From Sphaerodactylus townsendi (taxonomy: Eukaryota), in the NCBI RefSeq assembly GCF_021028975.2, contig NC_059433.1:58962001-59026000 (forward strand): DNA of 64,000 nucleotides, read 5' to 3'. Made by a program: the position numbers and the translations under genes. The notes beneath the pieces are model-generated. The model was not told the origin of the DNA and searched no databases. It was given only the letters and a program-made list of their open reading frames with translations. Positions 54,230-64,000 of the stretch are shown here, one piece after another. How positions within the stretch are numbered: the first letter of the stretch is position 1; each line of letters begins with the position of its first letter.

Positions 54230-55700
54230 TAATTTAATTTAATTTGTTGTAATTATAACCCGCCCTTTCCCAGCACAAGCCGGGCTCAGGCCAGCTTACA
54301 CACACAGTTTAAAGAACACACAAAGTAAAACATCAAACAGAAGCCTTATCACAATTACAAAGTTGAAGTAACCATTATAACCATTATAATCAATTCTAAT
54401 GATGATTTACTGGACATCTGAAAACTCTGAAAGCTTACAATCTATTTATACCCCGTCCCATCACATATACCCATTTTCAGAATGGTGAGAATGAGGTGCA
54501 GATGTCAGAGGCTGGTAAAATAGAACAGATTGGACTTAAAGGTTGCCTCAACCAAAAACTTGGTGGAATATCTCCATCTTGCAGGCCCTATGGAACTGAT
54601 TAAGGTCCCGCAGGGAAAGAGAGTTTCTGCATGTGAGCTCCCAAAGGCACCTGGTGGGCCACTGCGAGTAGCAGAATGCTGGACTAGATGGACTCTGGTC
54701 TGATCCAGCAGGCTAGTTCTTATGTTCTTACGTTCTTAGAGTTCCACCAAGAAAGAGAGTCGAAAAGGCTAATCTAATGTCCTTGGGGCCAGGGACGTAG
54801 TCATTGCACCAAAGCACCCTCCGGGGGCAACATGGAAAGATGTGGTTGCCAAGATACAAGGGCCCCACACCACTCAAGGCCTTAAAGGTCAAAAACAAAA
54901 CCTTGAACATAATCTGGCAACAAGTGCAGCTGGTACAGCACAGGTGGTGGCTAGTGTGTGCTCCTTTAGGTAGGGAATCATGAGGCTTTTCCAGATAAAT
55001 TCAGAACTGGTACAACTACCCTATTTCAGTTTCTCTGTCAGCATGGCCAATTGGCCATGCTGGTAGGGGCTGATGGGAATTGTAGTTCCTGAACATCTGG
55101 AGAGCCGCAGGTTCCCTACCCCTACTTTAGGGTTTTTGTTGCATTCTGGACCAGTTTTAGTTTCCAGATATCTCAAGGCCAGGCCCACATTCAGCAAGTT
55201 ACAGTAATCTAGCCTGTATGTGACTGTTGTGTGGATCACTGTGGCTAGGTCTGGGCAAGACAAGTAGGGGGCCAACTGTCCAGCCTGGAAAAGATGAAAA
55301 AGGGTCACTTTGGCCATATGTGTAACCTGGGCCTCCACAGACAGGCAAGACTTCAAGGTCACACCCAAGCTCTTCATGGAGGAAGAAGGTGTTAAAGTCA
55401 CTGCATCAAATTGTGGCGGTTGGAAACTCTCCCCCTGACTCAGCCACAGGACCTCCATCTTTGATAGATTAAGTTTCAGACTGCTCTTTCTCAGCCATCC
55501 AGCAACAGCCTCCAAACACTGAGCAAAGACATCGGAAGTGGCAGGTGGCTGGCCCTCCATCTTCAGAAAAAGCTGAGTGTTATTGGCATATTGATGACAA
55601 CACAACAAAAAAGCTCCAAACCAGCTGTGCCAGGGGCCACATGTAGATGTTAAACAACACTGGGGAGAGGACTACCCCTTGTGGCATCCCACAAACTAAG
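54230..55700 (-). mobile_element. 5'-truncated L2 LINE with nested CR1 3' end (~54625-54740, +) and hAT MITE half (~55035-55122)
   Basis: PQGVVLSPVLFNIY, HQYANNTQL, LKLNLSKMEVL, RLDYCNLL, FKVLFLTFKAL motifs; CR1 tail ttcttatgttcttacgttctta. Confidence 0.9.
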
Positions 55701-56290
55701 CAATCAGGGGAAACTGTTCTTATCCACTGGGCCTCCTTAAGTCAAATTGGTTTATTTTATGATGCTGCTTTTATTTTTATCAGCTTTAAACCTGTAGTGA
55801 TCAAAGGATGTATCCCCTCTGTTACATTCCATTTTAATTTTGCACTTTAATGTTTTATTTGAGGGCTTCTGGGATCAAGAGGGCAAATGAAAGTAAAACA
55901 TTTGCATGCTCATATGGTTAGAGTTTGCAACGACCAATATGTTAATATCCTACACTTGTTTAACTTTCTGAAATATCTGAATCTGGCTAACAGCTGAACT
56001 CATATTCCACTGGCTAGATGCTATCTTTTAGCAGAGGACAGTTGGTCCTCTGAAATGCCCCAATTCCATAAATTTGGTTTAGGTGTTGTTTTTTTGGTTG
56101 AAGAAAGTTTTTTTATTAAACATTTGAGATCGTCCAGAAGCTGTAGCAGCACTCACAAATCGGACTTTCTTTCTCTTTATAAATATTACTTCCAGTGCAA
56201 TCCCGAACAATCTTGAACAATTATACTGAGGCATGTTAACTTCAGTGGACTTAGAAACTCCATTTAGGATTGCATTGGTTGGTTCCACAT

Positions 56291-56440
56291 TGGGGTCTGC
56301 AACCTGTGGCTCTCCAGATATTCATGGACTCCAAATCCCATCAGCCCCTGCCAGCATGGCCAGCTGGGTCCCAGACCACTCAGGGGCTGATGGGATTTGT
56401 AGTCCATGAACATCTGGAGAGCCACAGGTTGCAGACCCCA
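56291..56440. mobile_element. Palindromic hAT-type MITE
   Basis: 60-bp arms match at 58/60 around a 30-nt spacer. Confidence 0.85.
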
Positions 56441-56759
56441 TAGACTTATTCTACAGTTCAGCCTAATAAAAGATCTGGAAGAGTCTTCCGATTTCCCTCT
56501 TGGGGCAAGAAGCAATAACCTGAGATGATGGGGGCAGCGCCCAGATCCATGAGCATAGCTTAGCTCCTTTTGAGAAATCTCTCACCTTTCTACTAAAAAG
56601 CAGTTTTCCAGATTGCGGGCATGACTGAGGTTTCAGTTTTCCCCTGGAAGAGGTGAGGCGAGAGTGGCTCCAAACACTAGCCACTGGGGCTGCTGCTGCT
56701 GCTGCTTTTCCTAGACAGAGTTCAAGCGATAGGATATTTTCCCCACCAGGCCTATTAGC

Positions 56760-57400
56760 AACCTTACGGGAGGAGTGGAGGGTTGCTTTTTTTTGCCGCT
56801 GTCACCCAACTCGGGGATCTTGACCACCATCTACCCTCTAGGTCAGCTCCCCTTACCTTCTTCTCCTCCTGGCAAGTACGCACAGCGCACAGAGCGCCAG
56901 AGCGGTAGCCAGCGTCAGGCCGAGGACGTCGAGGAGGCCCATCTCTGGGGTGCCGCTCCGGAGCTCACTGCGCCGCCCTCCCCGACAGGGAAAGTTCGCC
57001 CCTCGCTTTCGCTCCCCTGCAGCGTCTCAGGGAGTTTGGAGCGGGCAGCCCTCAGAGCCTCGGCCCTTTGCTCTCCTTCCGAAGCAGGAGAAACTGTGGG
57101 CGGGTCCAGCGGGAACTCCTTTCTCCTCCTCGGCCTCACGAAGCGAGGCAAGGGTTATTTCCCAGCCCTCCCGGCTCCCGCCTTCCCTGGAAGAATTGGA
57201 TGCCTGCCGAAGTTTGCAAGGGGGGAGCGAGAAGGAAGTGCAGAAAGGTGCACGCGCAAAAAAGACAGCACGAAATCTGTGCAAGCTCCGCGTGGTCGCG
57301 AGGAAGAGAAAGAGCCACGCGGCGAGAACCCGATAGACAGAAAAAGCCATAGGGCGGAGGTCAATAGATGGGGGGCTGCCCCAGAGACCGGGCACCTTGC
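56760..57400 (-). promoter_or_regulatory. CpG island / TATA-less promoter and 5' UTR
   Basis: GC- and CpG-rich non-repeat block surrounding exon 1 in a CpG-poor background. GC box AGGGCGGAGG at 57351-57360. No obvious TATA box. Confidence 0.8.
56857..56942 (-). CDS. CYP7B1: Coding exon 1 of a CYP7/CYP8-clan cytochrome P450, most likely oxysterol/steroid 7-alpha-hydroxylase
   Basis: Reverse complement reads gagATGG (strong Kozak) then MGLLDVLGLTLATALALCALCVLARRRR + AG|GTAAGG donor (GT at 56856-56855). Hydrophobic anchor plus basic cluster, split in phase 2 just before the expected RPGEPP motif, as in CYP7A1/CYP7B1/PTGIS. The CpG-island promoter and very long intron 1 favour CYP7B1. Confidence 0.8.
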
Positions 57401-57832
57401 CCTGTTAATCTTTTCTTGAACTTTTCCACGGACCTTCCTTATTTAGGCTGTGTTTTTGTAACAGAAGTTGGGAGATTCTGGGATTACTTATTCGAGCGCT
57501 TCTAGTTCTACCCAAACTGGAAAGCAGGAGGCAAAAGTGATCAACGAAACTACCTGAACTAATTACCCGGAGAGGAGGGACTGACAGAGCGACTCGACCT
57601 GAACTTCGTTCTCCCAGATCGTAGATGTGGGCTCTGTGATTATTCAGTGGGAGGAATGCGCTGTAAACATGCTGGTTGGCATTTTACATTTTATTGTTAC
57701 CTCCCCTGTGGCCTGCTGGATATGTCGAAGCATCTGATTGTGTCTTAACAGCCACAACAATATCTGGTTCATTGAAATATGCAGTGTTATAATCAGCATG
57801 TATGTTTAGTTTTGCTGTATGTAAATGCTATA

Positions 57833-58123
57833 ACAGCGTGGTGTAGTGGTTAAGAGCAGGTGGATTCTAATCTGGAGAACTGGGTTTGATTCCCTTCTCC
57901 TCCACCTGAGTGGCAGAGGCTTATCTGGCGAACCAGAGGTGTTTCTGCACTCCTACATTTCTGCTGGGTGACCTTGGGCTAGTCACAGTTCTTCAGAACT
58001 CTCAGCCCCACCTACCTCACAAGGTGTCTGTTGTGGGGAGAGAAAGGGAAAGGAACTTGTAAGCTACCTTGAGTCTCCTTACAGGAAAGAAAGGTGGGGT
58101 ATAAAGCCAAACTCTTCTTCTTC
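57833..58123 (+). mobile_element. Squam3-type SINE
   Basis: Full-length copy with (ctt)n tail. Confidence 0.85.
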
Positions 58124-61100
58124 TATGTGGTTCTCATCCTCCTATTGCTGATTAAAGCACATTGGCATTGTTATAACTTTGCAGGAATGCAGTGACAGGA
58201 TGTCTGTCAGTTACTCAAGGTAGCCTTGAGTGTGAAGCTCCATACCCACTTTCCTTATATTTCTAACATCAGCTTTGCAACAATGCTTGCTATGTTAACA
58301 GGGCTTTCTTTGAACTCTTTATAGCAGGGCCCAGTGTTGGATGGAAACCAGAGCACCTATATGACCAGAGAAACGCTAAAATTATTCATTAGGCATCCTA
58401 CCTAAATTGTATTATATTTATTTGCTAATATCTATTGGGAGAACAAAGTAAACCTTATACATTGTAGTACTACATGAGAGGAGGTGCCTGAACCTTAGTC
58501 AACTGTGACCTTCCTGAAAACTCTTCCAAGTTGCCAAACAAAGCTATAGTTTACATTTGCTAAAGCTACAATTTATGAATGGCTGGTTCACTGCTAACTG
58601 TAAATGAAACAATGAAATTCATAATCTGATACCCAAAAGCATTCCAGCAAGCAATTCAGAAAAAGTTGAGATGTACATTCATAGACAAACTGAGATTCAT
58701 ATTCATAAAAGAATCAAACAGTGCATTTGCAGTTGTCATTTCATCTTCAGATGACACCACAAAATCACAATAAGTGTTATCTTTCATTTACATTTCATTA
58801 TATGCTTTATTTTTTACCCTATCATTGGTATATCATAGCATTTTAAAGCAGAAGCTAAAACTGATGGGAATTGTGGAGTTCTGTTCACAAACTGATGTTT
58901 CCCCACATTCCTTTAAAGACCAAAAGTATGGCTGAACATCAAAGAAAAGCATGCAGCAGATTGAAGTCAGCCAGTTTTCTAAGCAGGGATGGGCCTTCGA
59001 GTCTCTTGGCGCAAAAGAAAACATAGACTGGACTACAAGAACAATAGTTCCTATTCTTCAGTCTCAGGGAAAGCCAAGTTCTGCTACCTCTCATCTTCTC
59101 CACATCTTGTTAAATACATTTTTGGCTGCCGCATACTGAAATGAAGCTGCTGCTCCTGCTGCTGCTGCAGCATGTTGGAGAGGATGGGCTCACAGCTCTT
59201 TAGAATGTTTGTGGTTCATTGAATATTTTAGCAGGCTGCCAAAATTCCCCCGAGGAAGAGAAAAGAGAAAGGGAATGGAGGTTAACACCTTAACACTTGA
59301 TGTAAACCTGAAAGAAATGTTGCATGGGGAAATAATGTTGGGTTGAATATGTAAAGGTCAACTGCAAACAAGCGGCTGAATGAAAACTTCAGATATAGTC
59401 AGGGAAAGCATTTTGTGATCTAAAAGTGGCTTTTTCAGATCCTGTTAACTCTACCCCTTTCCCAATCAAAACAACACTTTTATTTATTCATTCGTTTCAT
59501 TTATTTTATCTGTCCTCCCCACTTCTCAGAGACTCAGAGTGGATTGGGCTGCCCAGTCCAAGTTGGAGGGAACTCTGTGGTGGTCAGGAATGGTGCCCTT
59601 CCAAAAGGGTTTTGGGCAGTGCAGGAAGGAGAGAAAGTGGAAAAACCTCCTGCCGCCTGAATAGCCCCATAGACTACACAGGCTTATACAGTGGCGTAGC
59701 ACCAAGGGGACGGGAGGATACACGATGCACCGGGGGCACGCCGGGATGTGGACGTGGCAGAGGCGCAGTTCCCTCTCGCTCCGGCCCTGGGCTAATACCA
59801 CATTCTCCAATGGTGAAAGTCTGAAGCTGTGGGAGAGAGGGGCATGTTCCCAGACTGGATGCCTGGTGGAAGCTGACTAAAGTTGGCTCCACCCCCAGGA
59901 ATGTCCCTGGCTGGCACACCCCCTGCTGTGTCAACATGCACTCAGATGCCAGTATGGCTCCCAGATTTGGCTACCATGGAGTTGTGTGGCACCTGCATGC
60001 TGGCACATTTGCTCTCCCCACTGTTGTAGGTGCCTCTTCCACCAGCGAGGTGGGTAAACATGCCAGCACAGCCTGCTACCACTCCCACAGGCCATTCCCC
60101 CCACATTAGGGCTGGATCTTACAAGTTCTAAAAGCAATGTAATGAGGACCTGTATAGTATATAACAAATGAACAGTGCAACTGAATCACACAATTGAAGA
60201 GCAATGAAATTAAGGAGGCACAAATCATCCAATGAACTAGATTTCATGGTTAAGACTATGACATTTAAGATGGTGTAATATAAACAATGCAGGGGAGTGG
60301 CTAGATCAGGTTCACCATGACAGTCTGTTGCCAACAATACTAGTTTCACTGGCTTATATTCAATTAAATATGTATTCCAAGAGGCTTACTCAGAGTCAAA
60401 TGCAATTGCTGTATTGGTTTTAACTAATACATATTTTGGGTAAAATGCCGCAGGAAAAGCTACCTCTTCCTGTATTGTTCAGCTTGCTTTATTATTTCTC
60501 TTTCAAGCCCTGTTCTTTGTGATCCTGCCTACAAAGGTGAATAGGTTGGTCATTAGATTCAGGGTATTTTCAGTGGTAGCACCTTGCCTTTGGCATGCTC
60601 TTCCTCTTGAGTCTTGGCAGGTGACAAAAATTCTTTCACAGGCTTTTAAGAAAGGTCTTTTTATCTTTCTAAAAGGTGTTTTATGGTCTATTTTTAAAGA
60701 GAAACTCTGGGGTGTGGAAGGTTAGGCTCAGTTATTTTATTCTGAGAGCCAGTGTGGTGTAGTAGTTAAGAGCAGGTGAACTGTGACTAACCCAAGGTCA
60801 CCCAACAGGAATGTAGGAGTGTGGAAATACATCCGGTTCACCAGACAAGCCTCTGCCAATCAGGTGCAGGAGTGGGGAATCAAACCCAGTTCTCCAGATT
60901 AGAATTCACCTGCTCTTACCCACTATATAACAGGTCTTTTCAGCCAAATCCATTGAGCTGTCAGACTCCTGTAAAACTTGCAAAAGAGACCATCCTGTGG
61001 GTATGTTTCCAAATCAATTCACAAAAATATTGCAAAATCCAAATATTGAAGGAAAGGAATGAACCAAAAAACAAAATATAATAAACCTAAACTCTAAGTA

Positions 61101-61219
61101 AGGTCTTTCTAAGGATAAACTGCAATTACTGCAATTCTTGACAGGTGGGTTGAGGAGACACTGACTGTTTACAGAAACTGAAGCAGTTTCCCCTGGGCAA
61201 TGAACACTTTATAATTTTA

Positions 61220-61720
61220 ATTTTAAAAAAATACCTTTTTTCCAGACAAGCAGGACCCAAGGTAAGTAACAGATTAAAAGCCCTATAAAACATCATGCTG
61301 TCATCAAGACACTGTAAAAAATCCTGTTAAAAAGTTACTGTCCTGTCAAAATTGCAGAAGAAATGTAGCCTTTCTAATTTTTCTTTCACATGCCGAGAAT
61401 GGTGACAGTGAAAGAAGCAACAAATGCATCTTTGCAGGGTCATGGATAATCAGCAGGGGCTGCTGTGCAGATGAAGTTGCCACATAGGCTCATCTTTGAA
61501 GATTTAGCCCTTCAGGTATGTAGGTCCTGGCTGTGAAGGCTTTAAAGGTAAGCACCAACTCCTCGAGATGGTCTCTGGAACATATAGGCAGCCTGTTGCA
61601 AAAATCACAAGACAGGAGTTGTACAAGCCCTGTAGCCTTGCCCCCAATCATAGGGTACCTATATTACACCAGTGACAGTTTCCAAACTGTCTTCAAAGGC
61701 AGCCCTATAAAAATATGATA
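61220..61720 (-). mobile_element. Old L2 LINE 3' fragment
   Basis: ggctttaaaggtaagcacc and gtcttcaaaggcagccc landmarks resemble the other L2 copies in the window. Confidence 0.55.
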
Positions 61721-62871
61721 TAATAGTTTATAGTCAACCAAATATCAAGCATTTCCATGAGCCATAAGTTTCTACATTTCTTCAGTTTAGCCTCAACACT
61801 TACTGCAGTTTTGCACTTGTTTTTCATTAGAACACACAAATTGTTTGTGACTTTGAATTACACCCTTCTAAAAATTGCCTTTTTGGCTGCACTCCTGGAA
61901 TGGCTTGTGCTTCAGGAACCTCACAGGTGTCAGTGGGATTTTGACAATCAAAATGCTTCAAGTCGAGCAGCCTTAGAGTTCAGAACTTAAATTGTGTCTA
62001 GCAAAAGTGATCAGTGTTGTTTTGAAATATTCAAATGGAAGTCTTCATGGCAGAAGTCACTGAGGAATAGGATTCTGCAACCCCTCAGGGCTGCACACAT
62101 GCGGTCTTTCCCTGTACGCTGTTCTGAAAGTTTACTACAACCGTTGCAAAAAACAAAAAAGTGATTTGTGTTTTGGGATGCTCATTCATTTTAGGAACTT
62201 TTTTTTTTTTGCAACTCATAGAAATGGGCTGAAGCCAGTTCTGTCTGAAATGGAACCAAAAGCCTCAAGAGCAGATGGCCTAGCATGTTCAGCAAAAATG
62301 CTGCCTGGAAACGTGCGGCATTCTTTTCTAACGAAGAACCTCAAGGACTAGCCTCTCTGCTCATCATCAGCCTTTGAATCTACTCCATTCCCTTATTCTC
62401 CCAGGCACTATTGCAAATGAGGGGAAGTAAGCAGCCAAAGTGATTTGAAAGTCATATTGTGTTTATGTTGCTGCACTATACAGTTAGAACTGGCTTTTGA
62501 AAACTTCCGTCGTTATGAACTCTTAATAAAATAAACCATTGTATGATACATGAATAGTTTTGTAGAAATAGTTTTGGTCTCTGTTTTCTCCAGTAAGAAA
62601 TCAGAAATAGAGACTCCATCCAGAGATTTTAATTCACAATAATATGTATGTATTTATTTACAAAATATATTTGCTGCCAATACAGATCTACTCAAGGTGA
62701 CTGAGGAAAGAGCAGGTTGTGTATATAAATGTTGTATATGAGATCTCATGTTCATGCTCCTGTCAAACAGTTAGTAGCACTAAGTATGACCTGTTGTGGG
62801 GGAATGACATATAGGTGGACCAACAGGGATTCAGTCTTTCCCAATAGGTCATTTGCAAGATCAGACATGAC

Positions 62872-62985
62872 TGTTGGTTCTGGTGGGTTTTCCGGGCTAT
62901 ATGGCCTTGGTCTGGTGGATCTTGTTCCTAACGTTTTGCCTGCTGTGCAGTGTGTAACACCTCTGAAGATGCCAGCCACAGCCAC
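62872..62985. mobile_element. Degenerate Penelope-like termini
   Basis: gggttttccgggctatatggcc..cctaacgttttgcc..ctctgaagatgccagccacag. Confidence 0.65.
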
Positions 62986-62999
62986 ACTTTTCACAAAAC

Positions 63000-63283
63000 A
63001 GAAACTAACCAGTGGCCTCCCCCAATCTGTATTGGGACTGATTCCATTTCTTCATAACTAATCTGGAGTTGGGGGTGATTAGGCAGGTTTACAGATGATG
63101 CAAAAATATTCAGGACAGAAAAGACCCAAGCAGACAGTTAGGAGCTCTAAAAATATTTGAAGATGAAATTGATTGTTAGTGGTTAGTGCAGACAAAAATA
63201 AATACTGTTTCACACAACACATGGAATTTATCACCACAATATGTGATTATGTTCAGATAGGATTTCAAATAGGCAAATTAATG
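63000..63283 (+). mobile_element. Old CR1 LINE fragment (host site of the ERV)
   Basis: SGLPQSVLG-like segment and aatactgtttcacacaacac..tggaattt 3' landmarks. Confidence 0.55.
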
Positions 63284-63761
63284 TGTAGGGATGAGCCGCT
63301 GATCCAGCAGCACCGTAAGTAGAGCGCTGGACCCGGCGCCTTCCTACTTCATCGATTCTGGTCGCGAGACCAGCTTCCCCTGCCCCTCACCCCGGATGAG
63401 CTTCACAGGTCATGAACTACCTCGGCTCACAACCACCAGGGTGTCCTGTAGTGACAAAGGGACAGTGGGCCCTTGCCCCCAGGTGGGGATTAGACCCAGA
63501 CGCTGATGCTCCCTCCCGCACGTAGCAGCCAGGTGAGATCATGCATCACATGACGATCTCTCAGTCTCCCGCTCTCCCGGTTTCCCCCGGTCCGCCCTTC
63601 TACACGCCCCCATGATAACCCTAATAAAAGGTGCCAGGGGCGAGCACGCGGCAGAGTCGCTAGGATCAAGGACCCCCGCGCTCCCGCTGCTGGCGCTCTC
63701 CACCAGATGAAATCTCCGCGTCTCGTCTCGTTCTTACGCTGACTCCGCCGGCACGACTACA
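63284..63761 (+). mobile_element. 5' LTR (478 bp) of an endogenous retrovirus
   Basis: TGTAG...CTACA inverted termini; AATAAAAG at 63623; CpG-rich; followed 3 nt later by a primer-binding site. Confidence 0.9.
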
Positions 63762-63764
63762 AGC

Positions 63765-63782
63765 TGGTGCCGAAACCCGGGA
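63765..63782 (+). promoter_or_regulatory. Primer-binding site, tRNA-Phe
   Basis: TGGTGCCGAAACCCGGGA is the exact complement of the 3' 18 nt of vertebrate tRNA-Phe(GAA) including CCA. Confidence 0.92.
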
Positions 63783-64000
63783 ATCCCCGAACCTCCACCC
63801 TGCTCACCGTCGCCTGGGAAAGGGCCGCGGTACCGACGTCCGCTGGATCGGCGCATCCAGGGACCCTCATCTCGGTATCGCCCGTCCGCTGGATCGGCGC
63901 ATCCAGGGACCCGAGTTCTAGGACACTCTCTCGTCCGACGAAACAACGGTGAGTATGGGAGCTTGCAAAAGCAGGGCTTATGACAAGCATGTTAACGAAC
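63783..64000 (+). mobile_element. ERV leader with twin stem-loops and probable major splice donor
   Basis: 30-nt perfect direct repeat at 63837-63866 and 63883-63912; ACG|GTGAGT with GT at 63949-63950. Continues past the window edge. Confidence 0.75.

Larger units (their letters stand above)
1..56856 (-). other. CYP7B1: Intron 1 of the P450 gene (runs off the left edge)
   Basis: No PGEPPLxxGWLP-type exon 2 was recognised on the minus strand by eye. CYP7B1 intron 1 is known to be very large in mammals. Confidence 0.65.

Noticed and set aside
56079-56288. ORF containing NCSRLFGI, resembling the CYP7B1 C-terminal NYSRLLFGI
   Set aside because: It is a short match in the wrong place (start of intron 1), with no heme-binding motif or flanking similarity. 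Likely chance.
56775-57419. 214-aa and other overlapping ORFs over the CpG island
   Set aside because: Stop-poor GC-rich sequence with non-ATG starts and no recognisable domain.
61246-61261. Plus-strand 16-nt micro-exon-like signal (ttttttccag ... gtaagt)
   Set aside because: It lies in a probable L2 tail, with no partner exons or known transcript.
1-64000. CRISPR arrays, operons or prokaryotic defence systems
   Set aside because: The sequence is vertebrate intronic/intergenic DNA with no regularly spaced repeat-spacer array.

Overview
This is vertebrate genomic DNA, not prokaryotic. It is almost certainly a squamate, and the Squam3-type SINEs with (CTT)n tails suggest a gecko. The only convincing host coding sequence is an 86-nt first exon on the minus strand (56942-56857) inside a CpG island. 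It encodes a microsomal P450 signal anchor (MGLLDVLGLTLATALALCALCVLARRRR-R) ending at a phase-2 donor, best matching CYP7B1. No downstream exon was recognised, so everything left of 56857 appears to be one intron of more than 56 kb. The rest is mostly transposon debris: Squam3, Sauria and 5S-derived SINEs; L2, CR1 and other LINE fragments; hAT, Tc1/mariner and Harbinger-like MITEs; and a Helitron. Highlights: (1) Penelope-like termini carrying minimal hammerhead ribozyme motifs; (2) a 1.26-kb Harbinger derivative that still carries a Myb/SANT ORF with one stop, missed by the ORF track; (3) young Harbinger-like MITEs without clean target-site duplications; (4) a CpG-rich ERV 5' LTR with a perfect tRNA-Phe primer-binding site and twin leader stem-loops about 6 kb upstream of the gene. 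I see no evidence of a wholly new multi-gene system. Repeat family names come from pattern recognition, not database searches, and many repeat boundaries are approximate.
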